A stretch of 63,221 bases of DNA, counting the filler, from Choristocarpus tenellus KU-1152 (Eukaryota; Protista; Phaeophyceae), in NCBI GenBank assembly GCA_964200185.2. It is 9 parts of 9 records of this genome, joined end to end, with 100 filler letters (N's around TTAATTAATTAA, not from the genome) between each part and the next. Parts side by side here need not be neighbours in the genome. Positions count along the whole stretch, not along the records: positions 34,972 to 39,210 come from CAXNAD020015536.1; positions 39,311 to 44,871 come from CAXNAD020010423.1; positions 44,972 to 60,273 come from CAXNAD020001021.1; 6 more parts are not named here. One strand, given 5' to 3'. The translations under genes were made by a program, and so were the position numbers. Shown piece by piece: positions 36,045 through 50,113 of the stretch. Below the pieces are notes generated by a model. The model did not search any database, was not told the DNA's origin, and worked only from the letters and a program-made list of their open reading frames with translations. The stretch's first letter is position 1, and each line of letters starts with the position of its first letter.

Positions 36045-38346
36045 CCTCCCCAGCCCAAGATCCTGCACCTGATCGTTCATGGAGGGTGGTACCTGCACCA
36101 CACCCTCCCCTCCTGACGCAAGGGAGTCCTCTCCCACATCCTCCGTACCTTCACCCCCAATGCCCAGTAAATCATCCAGAACCGCCTGATCACACAATAA
36201 AAAACCATCGCCATCTCTCCTTATCAGCATACATACATATATATACAGAATATATATGCATCCAATACCGTTAATGTTTTCTGTAGTTTACACCTTTTTT
36301 TTTCCCCCTGAAATATTTTCTTCAAAAAAAAAGAAAAGTATGTAACATACAAAATTTTATTGTCCTAATAATGAAAAACAGATAAGACAGACAGACAGAC
36401 TCGAATCAGACTCAAGACAGGGTCACAACATTTGAAAAAAAACAAACATAGTGCCTACTGTTTTTAAAAAGGAAGCACTTCAAAATAAAAAAGAAGGGGA
36501 CGGGGGACGGGGGTGTGTGTGGAGAGGGAAGGGGGAGCATAAACACTTGCAATTCTATACCTCTGATTGCATAGTACTCTAACATGTTTAATATTTTCAG
36601 GCATTTTTTTTTCTTTTTTACAAGACCATATAATATATTGTTCCCAAATGGTTCCAACAGGTTTTCTCAATTGCCGTTCCCGATCGTGTCAATATCTGTC
36701 CATCATCAATCTATCATGTTACGTAGGTATCTATCTTTCCTGTCACATTTATGCTATTATTAAAAAAAAGGGGGGGGGGGGGGGGGGATGTACGGCATGC
36801 AAAAAGTAAATAAAAAAGCAATACCAAAAAGGTAATAATAAAAAAGCAATGCCAACAAGGTAATAATAAAAAAACAATGCTAATAAGGTAATAATAAAAA
36901 ACAATGCTAGTAAGGTAATAATAAAAAAGCAATGCCAACAAGGTAATAATAAAAAAACAATGCTAACAAGGCAATAAAAAAGCAATGCCAACAAGGTAAT
37001 AATAAAAAAGCAATGCCAACAAGGTAATAATAAAAAAACAATGCTAATAAGGTAATAATAAAAAACAATGCCAACAAGGTAATAACAAAAAAACAACACT
37101 AACAAGGTATGCAAACCACGAGAATACACCTATAGTATCAATACAGCATTTTAACAATAAAAAAGAACAGAAAAATACAAATAATAATAATAATAATAAA
37201 ACACGTAAGTAACAAAGAGCCCCCCTCCCTCCATCAGAAAAAATCTTGAAATTATACTAGTAACCCAGCACCAGACTAGACTAGACTATATATATTTTTT
37301 TTAACGGAACAGACGAAGGGAATGATCCCCAACCCTAAAAAATACATAACATAAAAAATTAGTAGTCGAACCTGCTGCTGTGAATGTTGATGGTTGTAAG
37401 AACCCTCTGAAGCCTTCCCCCCCCCCCCTTCCTCCTCCCCTCCGCCTCCCCCCCTTCCCCCCCATACGATTACCATCATCCCTATCTTCACTGCCAACCT
37501 CTCCAAAACCACCCCTAACCCCCCCTCCATCATCCTCAAGGTCATCCTCCTCATCAGAGTACTGATCTCCATCTCCCGCTCCTCCTCCCCTCCTCCCCTC
37601 CTCCCTATCTTCCCCATTCTCCTCTTCCTCTCTCCTTCCCCCGGAGGTTCCTTGCTGACTCAGGTTTTCCACAGCCCCTTTTTCCTGTTCTTCCAACCTA
37701 CATTTAAATATATATATATATACATGCTTATTTTGTTATTTATGTCACAAAAAAACAGCGAAGGAGAGGAGGAGAGGCAACCCCCCCCCCAAAACACATA
37801 CACACACACTTTGTTGAAAAGGTACATTGCATTCAGCCAATCATAATCGATTGATTCACCCAGTTACCTCTCAACACCCAGTAACCTCTTATTCCTATTG
37901 CTATTCCTATTGCTATTCCTCCTCTCCTCCTCCTTCAGGGTATAAGTTTGAAATCACATCGGGTGACAAAAGAAAATTCCGACAAAAATCTCTACTTTTT
38001 ATTTTTATATTACCACATCATTTATCAAAAAATAATAAAAATTCGATTGAAAAAAAGAAAAAGTTCTGTGTTAAATTAAATAACATCTCACTAAAAAAAA
38101 AAAATCTCTCTCATAAACACACACACACACACAAACACACTCAGTATTGATTGATCAGGGTATCATTAAGCCTACACATGCAAACACAAACATATACATA
38201 GGGATAGGGAGTGATACGACACCCACAACCACCACCACCACCACCACGATCGTCCGACACACACGCCTTTCCCAATAGGAAAAATCAAGACACACATGCT
38301 GCAATCAAAGGAGAGGTTGGACACTCTTGAGTCACTTCATCCCTTA

Positions 38347-38382
<36 letters not shown>

Positions 38383-38549
38383 ACTACAGTTACAACAAGT
38401 TGTGCCAATAATTTAATACGAAATATATATATATATACATTATTCTTTTAGTTAAAAAACAAACAAACCACACATACATACCTTCGCCGGAGTCTTGCCT
38501 CAGGAGCAGTCTCCCTATCCTCTGGGAAAGCCGGCATCTCTTTCAACAC
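36045..38549 (-). CDS. Partial multi-exon gene resembling AP-2 complex subunit alpha (end of trunk + hinge)
   Basis: Exon 38482-38549, VLKEMPAFPEDRETAPEARLRR, resembles alpha-adaptin VLEEMPPFPERES. It splices in phase 2 to exon 37372-37697 (acidic/Gly-rich hinge). A candidate exon near 36045-36186 has DDLLGI. The downstream joins are unresolved. Confidence 0.45.
36805..37110. repeat. ~29-bp AT-rich minisatellite, ~10 copies
   Basis: Unit AAAAAGCAATGCCAACAAGGTAATAATA with variants. Confidence 0.92.
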
Positions 38550-41500
38550 CTGACAGAAGCATTATTTTGTAGGTTTTTGTTTTATTTATTTTTAGTTTAG
38601 TGTATTTTAAATGTACATGCAGGGCAAGATTTTAAAAAAAATCCCACAGTAGAAAAAAAAAAAGTGACAATAAAAAATGTCTGAAAAGAAAAGAAAAGCA
38701 CGGAACGATTCAAATCAAACGGCACTTTACACTAATGTGTGTTGACAACCGTACCCTGCATACACACCAATCCATTGTGCTAGAGCCACCAACTGCGGCT
38801 CTGCGACGCCCTAACTTGCTCCGAGTCATCACCCCCCACAGCGAAATAGTACAGGAGAAAAAGATAAAAATACTAGTAATAGAAATAGTAGTCGATACAT
38901 TGCTAGGCGTGAAGAGGTGGGATATATGTTAACTATGTATGGTGGACTGAGTACGTTGACACTGACCCTAACCCTAACCCTAACCCTAACACCATTCCCT
39001 TGTATCTGTATCATTGAGGCAATATGTATTAGTAGTGTATGGTAACAACGCCTCCACATCCTTCTGTCTCTTCAGGAGATACATAAAATAGACCCCTGAA
39101 AGAGAAAAAAATAACTGTAGTTCCTGTGAAAACAGTTCTGTTCTACCCCCCCCCCCCACCCCCCCCCCGCCCCCCCCCCCTTCCTCCCTCTCTCCCCACT
39201 CCCGCCTTCCNNNNNNNNNNNNNNNNNNNNNNNNNNNNNNNNNNNNNNNNNNNNTTAATTAATTAANNNNNNNNNNNNNNNNNNNNNNNNNNNNNNNNNN
39301 NNNNNNNNNNCCCCCCTCCCAGATACTTTGGGTCGGAACTGATACTGAGGAGGTGGTTTGGGATACTAGATCGTGACAATTAGGCATCTCCACTTTCTAA
39401 TGTTGAGAAAGGAAGGACTGATGTTGAGAGGAACATGTGACTGTAAAAGTCGAGAAAGAACTGATCGGGCAGGTCCAGAGCCTTCTAATCTATGTTCTGT
39501 GCGAGGGCTTGTGTGATGTATGATGGAGTGGGAGGTCCAGAATTGAGAGATGTGCAATAATAGTAATGGTGTGAATTTGGTGCTCAAGTCCTCTTCTTTC
39601 AATACTCTGTTGATACATTAGTTTGATAAGATGTCTTTTGTTTTCGGTTAGAGAAGAAATTATATTTACCTTTTTTTTCTTAAGAATTTACCATGGTGGT
39701 CGACATTCACAGCAATTGTTGTGGCCCATTAAATATGTCTTGAGCCCCGAACCACAATTGTTTGCGACAGTTTTATGCACAACATATGACAGGAGGAAGA
39801 GGAAGACAAAGTAGGAGAGGTAATAGTAGTAGTGTACTCTGAAGTATATTGTGTTACTTTTAGCAATGGTAAAAGAGGGTTGCTGCCTATCATCGACACC
39901 AACTGCAGGTCCTATTGTTGCCTTTTTTCATGACATCCAATCTGTCATTGATGGTGGAATATCATTGCCAACTGTGTGAGGTCGGTCTTCCTTCCATTTA
40001 GTGTCCTCGCTAGGTCCTACAAGAAGGTTGATCTCCGAATGCTGATAGGTAGGTAGGTAGAAATTGATTGGTTTGTTGTCCTCTCCTAACACATAACCTG
40101 GGCCAGTCGACTAGTCATATGTAGGTGTCAACAACGGTGACAGCAGGTGCCCGTGTCCTTTTCTCATTAACTGTGGACTGTGCTAAAAATGTGTGTGACT
40201 ACATTCAGGGGTTACACACATGTAGCTGCAGTAAACATCTGACCTAAAATCATGGTGACCACACAGGTGGGGATGGTTATCTACAGGCTGCACTCTAATT
40301 TCTGTGTGTGTGTGTGTGTGTGGCGCGCATCTTTCAATGCGTCAACTACTCTCTCACTATCGGTATACTCCATGGCAAACTGAAACACGTACATGTAACG
40401 TGTACTGCAAGATTGCTGCTCACCTGTTGCTTCAACACTACTCTCCACTTCACACAGTTGTATTTTGAGGGGTACAGTCTACCTGGCACAATGCAGGAGA
40501 AGCCATGCCGAAATGATCGCCTATAACTTTTACAGGGGTCCTTGTGATATTTGTTTGACTTTTCCCCTGACACATCTGCAAAATGTCAAAGGCATAATAA
40601 TATATACTATCGTTTAGTAGAATCTCATCTGGGAAAATTGTTTGAGTGCGTGCCACCTGCGAATCATGGCATAATCTTGTTCATGAATTTGTCTCAATGA
40701 TCTATGCTGTTGTGAGCATATGTATGTGTGTATCCGTGAGGGGTCAGGATCCCCTCCACCAGATGTTTATAGTACATAGTGAGTGATATCCCACCTACTG
40801 AATGCAGTGATGTTCCATTTTGCTGGAATAGGTACCTGTGCGCAAGGAAGGTATCTGTTGCTCCTGATACTCAACGTTTCCACTATAACAAAGCACTAAG
40901 TTCTAGGATCAGTATCCAAAGGGGTAGGAATATTGGGCCAAGTTGACCTGCCCGCCACTACAAGTCTGCAATGTGAGATTCTCCTTTTCATATCGATGTC
41001 TCTTCAGATAACATCTGGCATCACTGATCTATTCATCGCATGCACATCATTGGTCTGCTTCTACACCACAATATACACACCTAACGCTCAGTACATCATG
41101 TATGGCTTTGTGAGTCAGGGCAGTGAGGATTGACTCTGACATCATGACACTCATCAGAAGATGTGACCCCAAGCTAACTTTAGCATTTTCGTTATCTGCC
41201 TGGTAATATTTGGTTCTTGGTTCAACGTCTCCATGACTTGAGCGGAGGTGTGCAAGCACTGATGATCAAGGACTGATGGACATAGTTGGTACTTAAGTTT
41301 TAAAAAATGATAAAAAAGAAGTAGTGGTAATCGTTCAGAAGGGAGAAACTTCCCCCTTACCCTGGTTGCCCCTCAAAGGCAAGCTCCATGGGCAGGGCGA
41401 TTGGCTTGGAGTGTGGCTTGACAAACGTTTTTTTTGTGGGATGAGTACTCACTCTAGAACACCTTGGCAGCTATTCCACTATCTGATGCCACTTCAACAT

Positions 41501-42573
41501 GTATACCAAGATGGGATATATGCAAGTACGCCCTCACTTTACATGACCTTGTACACCCTAACCCTAACCCCCTTACAACTATTACAACCAATTGTACCTA
41601 AGAGTATGTACACTGAGAACTTGGTGCAACATGTCTTGGGTTGGGGTAAGGGGATTGATTGTGTGCACTATTAATGGTTCCAACGCCGATCCTCTCCCTA
41701 CCACCTTCTCGTGTTGTATTGTACTGAGTGCTTGCAGTCAAGCAGAAAAAAAAAGATCGATTGTTATGCGCCCTTGACATTTATCCATACCTACGAAACT
41801 GACATAAAACCTCCAGTGAGTGTAGAAAAATTGGTGGGTCAGCGCTAAGCCTGGCATTGCGCTGGCACCCTTTAGGAGTTTATAAAAACACTAGAGCATT
41901 CCCTTATCCCAAGTCCATATTATCATACACGCCAACACCCACTTACTTGACAGCATGAATCCCGAATCTACCCTCCCCTCCTCAAGGGAAAGGAATACAC
42001 TTTACCATTTCAACGAACATCCCTAGGCAATACCCACCAGCTCTCACACGATCACAACCTGCTACACAAAGGAATACCTAGCCAAAGCACACAATCACAG
42101 CATAAGAATTCCCAACAAATAGTACTGGTTCGGTTTTGAGATAAAGACCCTGCAACACACCAAGCTCATCATGAACCACAAACACCTCAGCATCCCCCAT
42201 CAAACTCTCACTCTAACGCTAACTGGTACGCCCCCCTCCTCCTCCCCCCTCCCAGCCCCCCTGCCCCTACAAGCTCCTGTACAGGGTCTGCTATCCGTGG
42301 TCTTCTCACAATGTCCACCAAAACACGTCCACCTCTGTGCCCCTCCCCACCCCCCACGATATAAAGCAAAAGTAAAAGCAGAAGCAAAGGAGAGAGACAG
42401 CACTTCTAACAATTCCAACGAAAATTAGACAAAAAAAAACACGAAGCCCCTCTACTTTCGAAAGTCCACTTAAATCCTCATTGCCTTCCCCCTCTCCCAA
42501 CCTCCTGTCTATGAGACTTAGCCCACACCCACCACCAACAGCCAAAGCAGAACCGTCCACACCACTCAACTCC

Positions 42574-44780
42574 CTACCCCTTCCGCCTCGACCCCCTAAG
42601 ATCTCCCACAGCCGTGCGCTGGGACTCCAATTTCATGTCCATAATTGTCTGTGCAACCGGAAGGATCTTGCGGCGATCTGTGTGCAGGGGGCGACACAGA
42701 CACGCCTGCCACACAATATAATATTGAAGAAAAAAAAGAGAGAATAAAGACGTTTTTTGTTGCATTTTTTTTTCCAGCGCGTCCAGTGGGAGTACGTACG
42801 TACACACAGGGGAACAAGAAGGATGACGGGTGGTGTCAGGGCAAACCACCAAGGAAAAAAAAAGAAGGAAAGGAACCAAACCCTGGGGTGGAGGGGGGAA
42901 GAAGTGAGGAAACAAGGACTTGAAATATATATATATATATATATATATATGAAACAGTTGTATCCTCTGGGTTGTGCAAGTCACACAACTCCAAATCCTA
43001 GCAAGTCTACCGCAGTCGAGATATCAAGGTCCATCTCGTTCCACCCTAACGCTATTTCAATCCGGCGTTCATGTATCTCAATAAGCGCCGAGACGAACTT
43101 ATGCGTGCGGGGGGGGGGGGGGGGGGGGGGAGAAGGGGGGCGCAAAAAAAAAAAACCCTCCGCGGCGGCGAATAAAAAAACATCCCCNNNNNNNNNNTTG
43201 CTCCTATAGTTGTTGTTATCAAAGTGGCGAAAAGGATTGTTGGGGGGGGGGGGGGGGGGGGGGGGGGGGAGGATAGAGAGGCTGCACAAAAAACAAGTCG
43301 CCTCACGGATCGAATCTAAGATTCTCACCCGAACTGTTCTATTGGTGTACTGCACGCACACTAACCATTACCTTATTTCCTTATTTTCATTTCCTCAACA
43401 TTTATTTCCTTATTATTTCAGGATGATTAGGGAGTTCCGCGAAGAGATTCTTAGGGGACTTAGATGACGAGCAGTATTGACTCTCCTATTGTCGAGCTTG
43501 TTCAAGTTTTTCCCTCCTGCAGGTACAGTATACCTTTATTCTTGCTCCCTCCACGACAACATACGCAAAATGCCTTGCCAGATAATAACGCACTAGTACT
43601 ATGGAGTAGGTAGTTCTAGATACCCACATAATCGTGAAAAAGGAAACGGCAACATATGAGCACCCATTCGAACAAATTTCTTATCTCCTTTTGATGGATA
43701 TTGACACCTTTCGCAGTTACGGCTATAAGAATCAATCAGTACATCCCATTCCACGACAGCAATACAAAATGATAAAAATAATAACAATACAACAATACAA
43801 CAACCAATAACAACAACAACAACAACAATAATAATAATAAAATAACAAAAATAACAACAATAGGGTTACTGTTTATCCGGCAGTGCAGAAGAACCAACGG
43901 CGGTATGACGGCTCGGTCTTGTACCATGACAAACACAAAAAAATACCATCATACCATGTACCACACATCATCATACCGATCAACTGACTCCTCCACCTTC
44001 AGTCAACAACACTTCCTGAATTCCTGCAAAACTATTAACCCCGCTGGATTCCAGAGCCCCTCTACACATCTCTGTTCCAATAAACAATTGCCCACTGAAG
44101 AAACAAGAATCTCCTTCACTCCTCTCACCTCTAATGCCCCCTTAGCCTCCGCCGCCATCCGTGCGGCTTGTCGACCACTCTTACCTCCACGCCCCACTCT
44201 CCCCCCCCCCCCCCCCTCCCCCCCCCCCCTCCCCCACCACCGCCGTCATCCACCTCCTGTCGACACGACACGTCCACAAAGCAGTTCTTTCAATGGATTG
44301 CCTTAAAAAAATAAAATTAATTAAAAAGCTCTTTCTAACAATTCGTGCGATCACCATCACCATCACCATCTTAACAGTATGTGTAGACAGTAGTAATCAC
44401 ACACCGTTAGTATTTATTGGATACCATATCATTCAAAGTACGTACTTAGGGTTAGGGTTAGGGTTAGGGGGGGGGGGGGGATTGGGTCTGGTTCTTGTTC
44501 GGTTTAAAAATTTTTCCTGGAGGTAAAAAAAAAAAAANNNNNNNNNNAAACACCCACCCCATTTTATTTTTTTTGAATACCATTAAAATAAAGGGTATAG
44601 GTGGGGTTTGGGGAGGGGGGGGGGGGGGGGGGGGGGTATCGGTACTGTTCTTAGTCAGTTTGAATATATTTCCTGGACGTAAAATAAAACAAACACACAC
44701 ACATCTCATCGGGAAGACACTCCTGGCGGCTTTGGAGCGGATGGCACAGAAGAGCTAGACTTCTTTGAGTTGGATTATCC
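42574..44780 (-). CDS. Probable exons of an unidentified multi-exon gene (possibly degenerate)
   Basis: Several AG-bounded open segments (DNPTQRSLALLCHPLQ..., AAEAKGALEVRGVKEIL..., VTAKGVNIHQKEIRNLFEW, FVSALIEIHERRIEIALGW..., ACLCRPLHTDRRKIL...) lie between low-complexity intron-like tracts. The frame could not be fully joined. Confidence 0.3.
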
Positions 44781-47700
44781 TGAAATTTTAGGTTACATCT
44801 CGTAACATGCTTCTCCAAGACCCCTCCCCCCCCCCCCCACAAGAAACAATTGAAACCTGATATACCCCCTTNNNNNNNNNNNNNNNNNNNNNNNNNNNNN
44901 NNNNNNNNNNNNNNNTTAATTAATTAANNNNNNNNNNNNNNNNNNNNNNNNNNNNNNNNNNNNNNNNNNNNCCATCCTCAATAGTACGCTCCATCCTCAA
45001 TTTTTAAAATCCACTGTCATATCCGTTCGTATCGCGCGGAATCCTATTATCGCGCACTTCTTGGCAATCAATCTGTTGGGTTAGGGTTAGGATTGGGTTG
45101 TTTTTAAATATTGTGTAGAAAGATCTTTTACATCTTTGATTGGTTCACCCCGTTGTCGAGGTGAAGGAACTATAGGGTTAGTGGGGTAGGGATTGCCTGC
45201 CCTAGGTTCCCTGATACACAGTCTAGGGGAGAGAGACCACGACCTAAAAAGGATGAAAGGGCGACGACGACGTAGGCCACTGGGGGAAATCTCATCCAAC
45301 ATCAGTCACAGTAGTGCGAAAGGGAGTAATCGATACAAGGAAGGAAGACAGGAAAAAACCTCGCCGCTTGCCTTAGACCTGGCAGTGTTGAAGCTTTACG
45401 CAGTCGTTGCCATCCAACAACAGCGCAGGAAGTTTCGCGCCTTTTTGCGATGGGTAACTTTCGTCTCTACGTCACAGAGTTTGCCGATCCACCTCTACTC
45501 GAACAGTCCTGGACGCAGGTGTGAATGCCCTGGATTATACATTTAAGCTTCAACTTTTCACAAGTGGAGCAAACAAGTACCTCTCAAGCATAGCTGACCC
45601 TTATGATCACAAGTTTGAGTTTCGTGAGTGACCTTGGTGAAACAGCACGGGCTCCTCACGAAGTGGGTGCAAAATGTAGGCTGGAACTCTCGTGGAGTCA
45701 ACTTGGGCATTTATCTTCCTTTTGTTTCTATTGAGAATTTCTCTCGCTTCAATTCCAGTACCCTGCTATGCATCCGCTGATCCTGCCCGTCCACAGCCCA
45801 TCAAGTGCTTGGAGCGCGTGTAAGGAGCCCCAACCAATCATGGTGAGCACATTCCGCATCTGAAGACCTAGAGAAGCATTATGATACTAATAGTTTAAAT
45901 AACTCCAGATGTTAGTCTCGCAAGTCAATTGTTCTATTTCATAAGTCTATTCTATATTGAGTTTGTTTACGAGAGGAAATAGAACGAAATGAAAGAGGGA
46001 ATCAGTCTAATCAATGTTCACTCTGGGTCGGCTTGTGGGTTGCTGGTCAAGATCGTTCCGACCCGTTCTTAGAGAGGATTGGTTGTGTCGATTGATCTTG
46101 TTTATTGAAGAAATCAAGAAATGGTAGAAAATGGCGGCAGGTAGAGCAGCTGGGCCGGGCTCATGGTGTACCATGTAATTGGCATATTTTCATCAAAACT
46201 CTACTATTCCATCTTACAAGTCGAGGTGGAAATTTTGGTCTTGACTATGATATCCCAACTGTGGTACCATTCTGGGCATGAGTCCTTTTGAGTGCCCTTT
46301 TAGTCTGTGCTACCCATAATGTTGCTCCCATCTTCCCAACCTATTCTATGGCGACCAGCTTATTGTGCCTTCCTACTCTATCATCTCGTGTGATGCCTCC
46401 TGTCCCATCTACGCAGGCTGTGCCAAGTACTTCATGCGGAGGCACTGACCCACTAGGAGTACTTGACACCCATCTGCTATCTCTGTGTACCAAGGTGAAG
46501 TCCCCCCTCTCTGATTTCGCCCAAGTGCATGTGTGGGAACTCTTTTTTCAGCTGGAATGTTGTACTACACACTACACTCCCACTACATACAGGAGAGATC
46601 TATCAACAAAAATATGACCCTAGTTTGTTCATATCTCGAATGAACCGATGGCAGGGCAGTACACACGATGTCTTCGGTCTTTTTCTCTTTCCCTATGTCA
46701 TCCAGTCCCTTGCAGAGCCCCAAGGATCCCTCACCAACTATGCTCCTTGTTATTGACAGGAGAAGCTGGAGCGGTGGAGGATGTTGTATTCCACACAGGG
46801 AGCGGCCACTGTCCAGGATGCCTGTGCTGGGGATAATCCCTTGCCTCCCAAACCAAACCTAGCCTCGGCAGATTCCCACCGAACCTCCTCACAACCTTTC
46901 ACATCTTCCTTTCCTAACGAACTATTTGGACAGACCTCTTTATATGATGACTCTCCTTCTCCAGCCCTTTCGTCATCCTTAGTATCCATCCAAACCTCAA
47001 CACCAATCCAGAAATCATCTCCTGCTTCAGCACCTGTTGAGACCCAAGTAGCTGTCAGTACCCAAGAGGCTGTCGGTACCCAAGCACTCATACTACCCAT
47101 TTGTGAAACAACTGTCGGAGTTGCTGCATGCCCATCTGTCCACGGTTCGGCTCCCATTGCCACCCCAACCGTGCACAACCTGAAGCCTTTTACTCACTGG
47201 AAATGTGGGGTTTGCTTCGCAGAAAATGCTCTGGTGAAAAATAAAAACAAAAACGAGAGAGACAAAAATAGGCGAGGACAGCGTTGCTGGGGTTGCTGTT
47301 GGGTTTGTGGTCAGGAACCCATACAACAGCTGAGTTTTCTGGAAAGTTAAAGTAGGAGAGATGCTGTGTGGCAGTAGCGGCAGGAGATGTAATGCCATTG
47401 GAAAGAGTGTTGAGTGAAATGCATTCGAGGTACATTGAGGGCATGACATGTGACCATTCCCCCCAAATCAGAAGAGATTCAGAGTCAAAAGTAGAAGTTG
47501 AGGAATGAGAAGAAGACGAAAGTTGTCCAGAGGAGCGCTCTATACCTCTGTGGCCTCCTTCAATGCCATGAGGACTGTGTGAGACACATGGTAGCAATGG
47601 GAATTAGGGAAATGGAAGGGATCAGGAGTGCGGTGTGGTTGGGGAGTAAGATGTGATAGCAAATTGAGCATATTGCAGGAGTTGGGGCCAGGCTTCCTGT

Positions 47701-48422
47701 GAGGGCGACTAATGGTCGAGATCATAATTCGTTGAGAGGTTTAAGGACGTAGAACGATAGGTGCTTCGGAAAAGGCTTTATCCAGAAAGATGACATCGTG
47801 GAACAGTGTCCCGCTTTGTTGGAAGACGGAGGGGAGTGGTGGTTCTTTTATCACCAGCGGAGTTACCTCAATGGAGCTGTCTTGAAGTCGACAAAGGGCC
47901 AGTTGATTTTGAAGTAAAACATGTGATACTTCACTTTGGTGTGGATGTTGCAACTAACTTTTGTGTTACTACTGTGGCTCTTGGTGGAGGGTGAGGGCGG
48001 AGGACAGCATGCTGACACAATGTGGTTCATTTCAGTCAACTATAGTGAACGTTTGTAGCAGGACTAGGCTCTGGGAGGAAGCATGTGCATGAAAGGTGTA
48101 TACATGAAAGGTTTGAGATAGTAACCAAGGAGTGAACTGACAAATGTGTATATTTTGTACTACGTAGTATATATGCATACGATAAGCACATTGGCAACAT
48201 CTCTGGCAGCAGGGTACAGCAGTTTTTTTTCCTTTTTAATAGTCTGAAACCACCTGTGTTTCATCTTGGCATTCGTGATCCGAGTCCTTTGCAGAGCTCT
48301 TAGAAGGCTGAACCAAAATGTGAGTACCAGCATTTTATCAAGGAGCATAGTGCCACAATTGCTCCACCAAGTGTTGCGGAAACTTCTCAAGAGGCTAATG
48401 AATCTCCTTTTTGTATTACCAT

Positions 48423-48680
48423 GAATCAAAGTAAACGAGAGTTACCCAGCTTTTTGCTGTTTTGCATTTTAAGCCAGTTTTTCAATCTTTTGCAATTCAC
48501 CAATATTTCTATGAAAGAAGTGGTAAGTTTGATTTGAGAGGGTTTATTTCTCTATTGTTCGAAAGATTTCGACATAATTCGGAATTATCCTACACATATT
48601 TCAAACAAAAGCCGAATACCACACATATTTGCCGAGGTTCTTGAAATGCAACTGAGGGTACCTCTCGCTTACTTTGTCTC
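48423..48680. mobile_element. MITE family C (~260 bp)
   Basis: TIR GAATCAAAGTAAACGAGAGTTACCC / GGGTACCTCTCGCTTACTTTGTCTC; CAT TSD. Confidence 0.85.
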
Positions 48681-49852
48681 CATATACTATTATTGCCTGT
48701 TCCTGTTACTACTTTTTTTAATGGTAGTAGGTCATTTGAACTTGATCTATTGGTGGTTCACCTACTGGGATGGAGATTTGGGCATTTCCTTGTTTGCTAC
48801 ACGTCCCACTCTCTCTTCTATTGGTTGAGGCGTTGTGAGGATCAGGTGTAGTTATTACAAGTTTGAACAAGGTCGACGTTGGTAATCTCTCTGCCTTGTG
48901 TGATGCTTACAAAAAATGAATGTTTTTTTCTTTGCACCAGAGGAGGATTGGTGTGCTGGACCAGATGCAGCCGCCATGCAGACAGCTGTTGTATCTCTAG
49001 TCAACAGTGGACAACCCTATTCACAGTTGCTGAGTTTGTTCCAGAACTGATAGTACCATGTGCAAAATGCCAAGTCAGACTCATTTCGGCGATAAGGAGT
49101 CGGAAATATAGAGCTGCACAAGTCTACAGTTAGCAGAACCCAATGCAACTACATGTGGGGAATAGCTGGAGGTAGCCTTTCAACTTCTCTGTAATGTGGC
49201 CATGTGCTAACTCAGTGCCTCTGTGGTGCTCAGTCCGTGAGACTTGTGTCCCTCGTTGACTGCCTATGTATATCCCAATGTCACTGGTGGAGCATGACAT
49301 TAACAAAGTTAGTGTTTTCTTGCACCCAGATTGCCAGCTCTACACTCCTTGCACCCAGCTTGGAGTCCAGACACTTTCCCCTTCGACCTGACCCCCTTTG
49401 TGAGTCAGGGCAGTCAGCATTGATAAATGTAGCCCTTGCCTTCTCCCGTCCCCCCAGTGGTGCTCCCAGCCATTGTGGCTTAAGTTCTACTGAATCACAA
49501 GACGTGCTATGCCCTTCAGGTGTAGAAAATATGCCCTTCTCCCCAAATATGTGATGACTGCAATTGTGTAGCAAAGACCCCTTCAGTGTGGTTTGGGAGT
49601 CTGATGCAAGCCTTCGTTGGCGACGCCAATTCCAGCGATGATGGAGTGTGGTCTTGGATAGAGGAAGATGAGAAGGACAACACCGGCATGCAGCAAAAAA
49701 TAAAAAACAAGATTGTGAGTGCATGCGAGCGAGCGTGCGTGCATGTGACAAGTATGAGCAAGGTCATTAGCAATAAAAATGGACAAACAAGCTCTGTGGC
49801 TAGTGCCATCTGCCTCAACATATTTGCAATGTTGTAGCTGAAGACATACTGA

Positions 49853-50113
49853 GAGCTGAAGTATCTTAGAGGGTAGAGCCGTGTCCATTTGGAGGCCAAA
49901 GTCCAATGTTGCAATTTTGATGTTATCTTGGCTATTGTATGTGTTAGGAAGTGTCAATATCGATGTTCTGGACACACCTTTTAATAACATGTACATTTTT
50001 ACCTACTCTGAAACAATTCGGAGAAGGAAAATGTTATAAAAAGCCCATGGGGGAAGCCAAGCCCCAAATGGACAAACAGGGCAAAACTCGTACCCTCTAA
50101 GATACTTTCACTC
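49853..50113. mobile_element. MITE family A
   Basis: Same TIRs; TGA TSD. Confidence 0.9.

Noticed and set aside
36805-37110. CRISPR-like array
   Set aside because: Units are contiguous with no unique spacers, there are no cas genes, and the context is eukaryotic and intron-like; it is a minisatellite.
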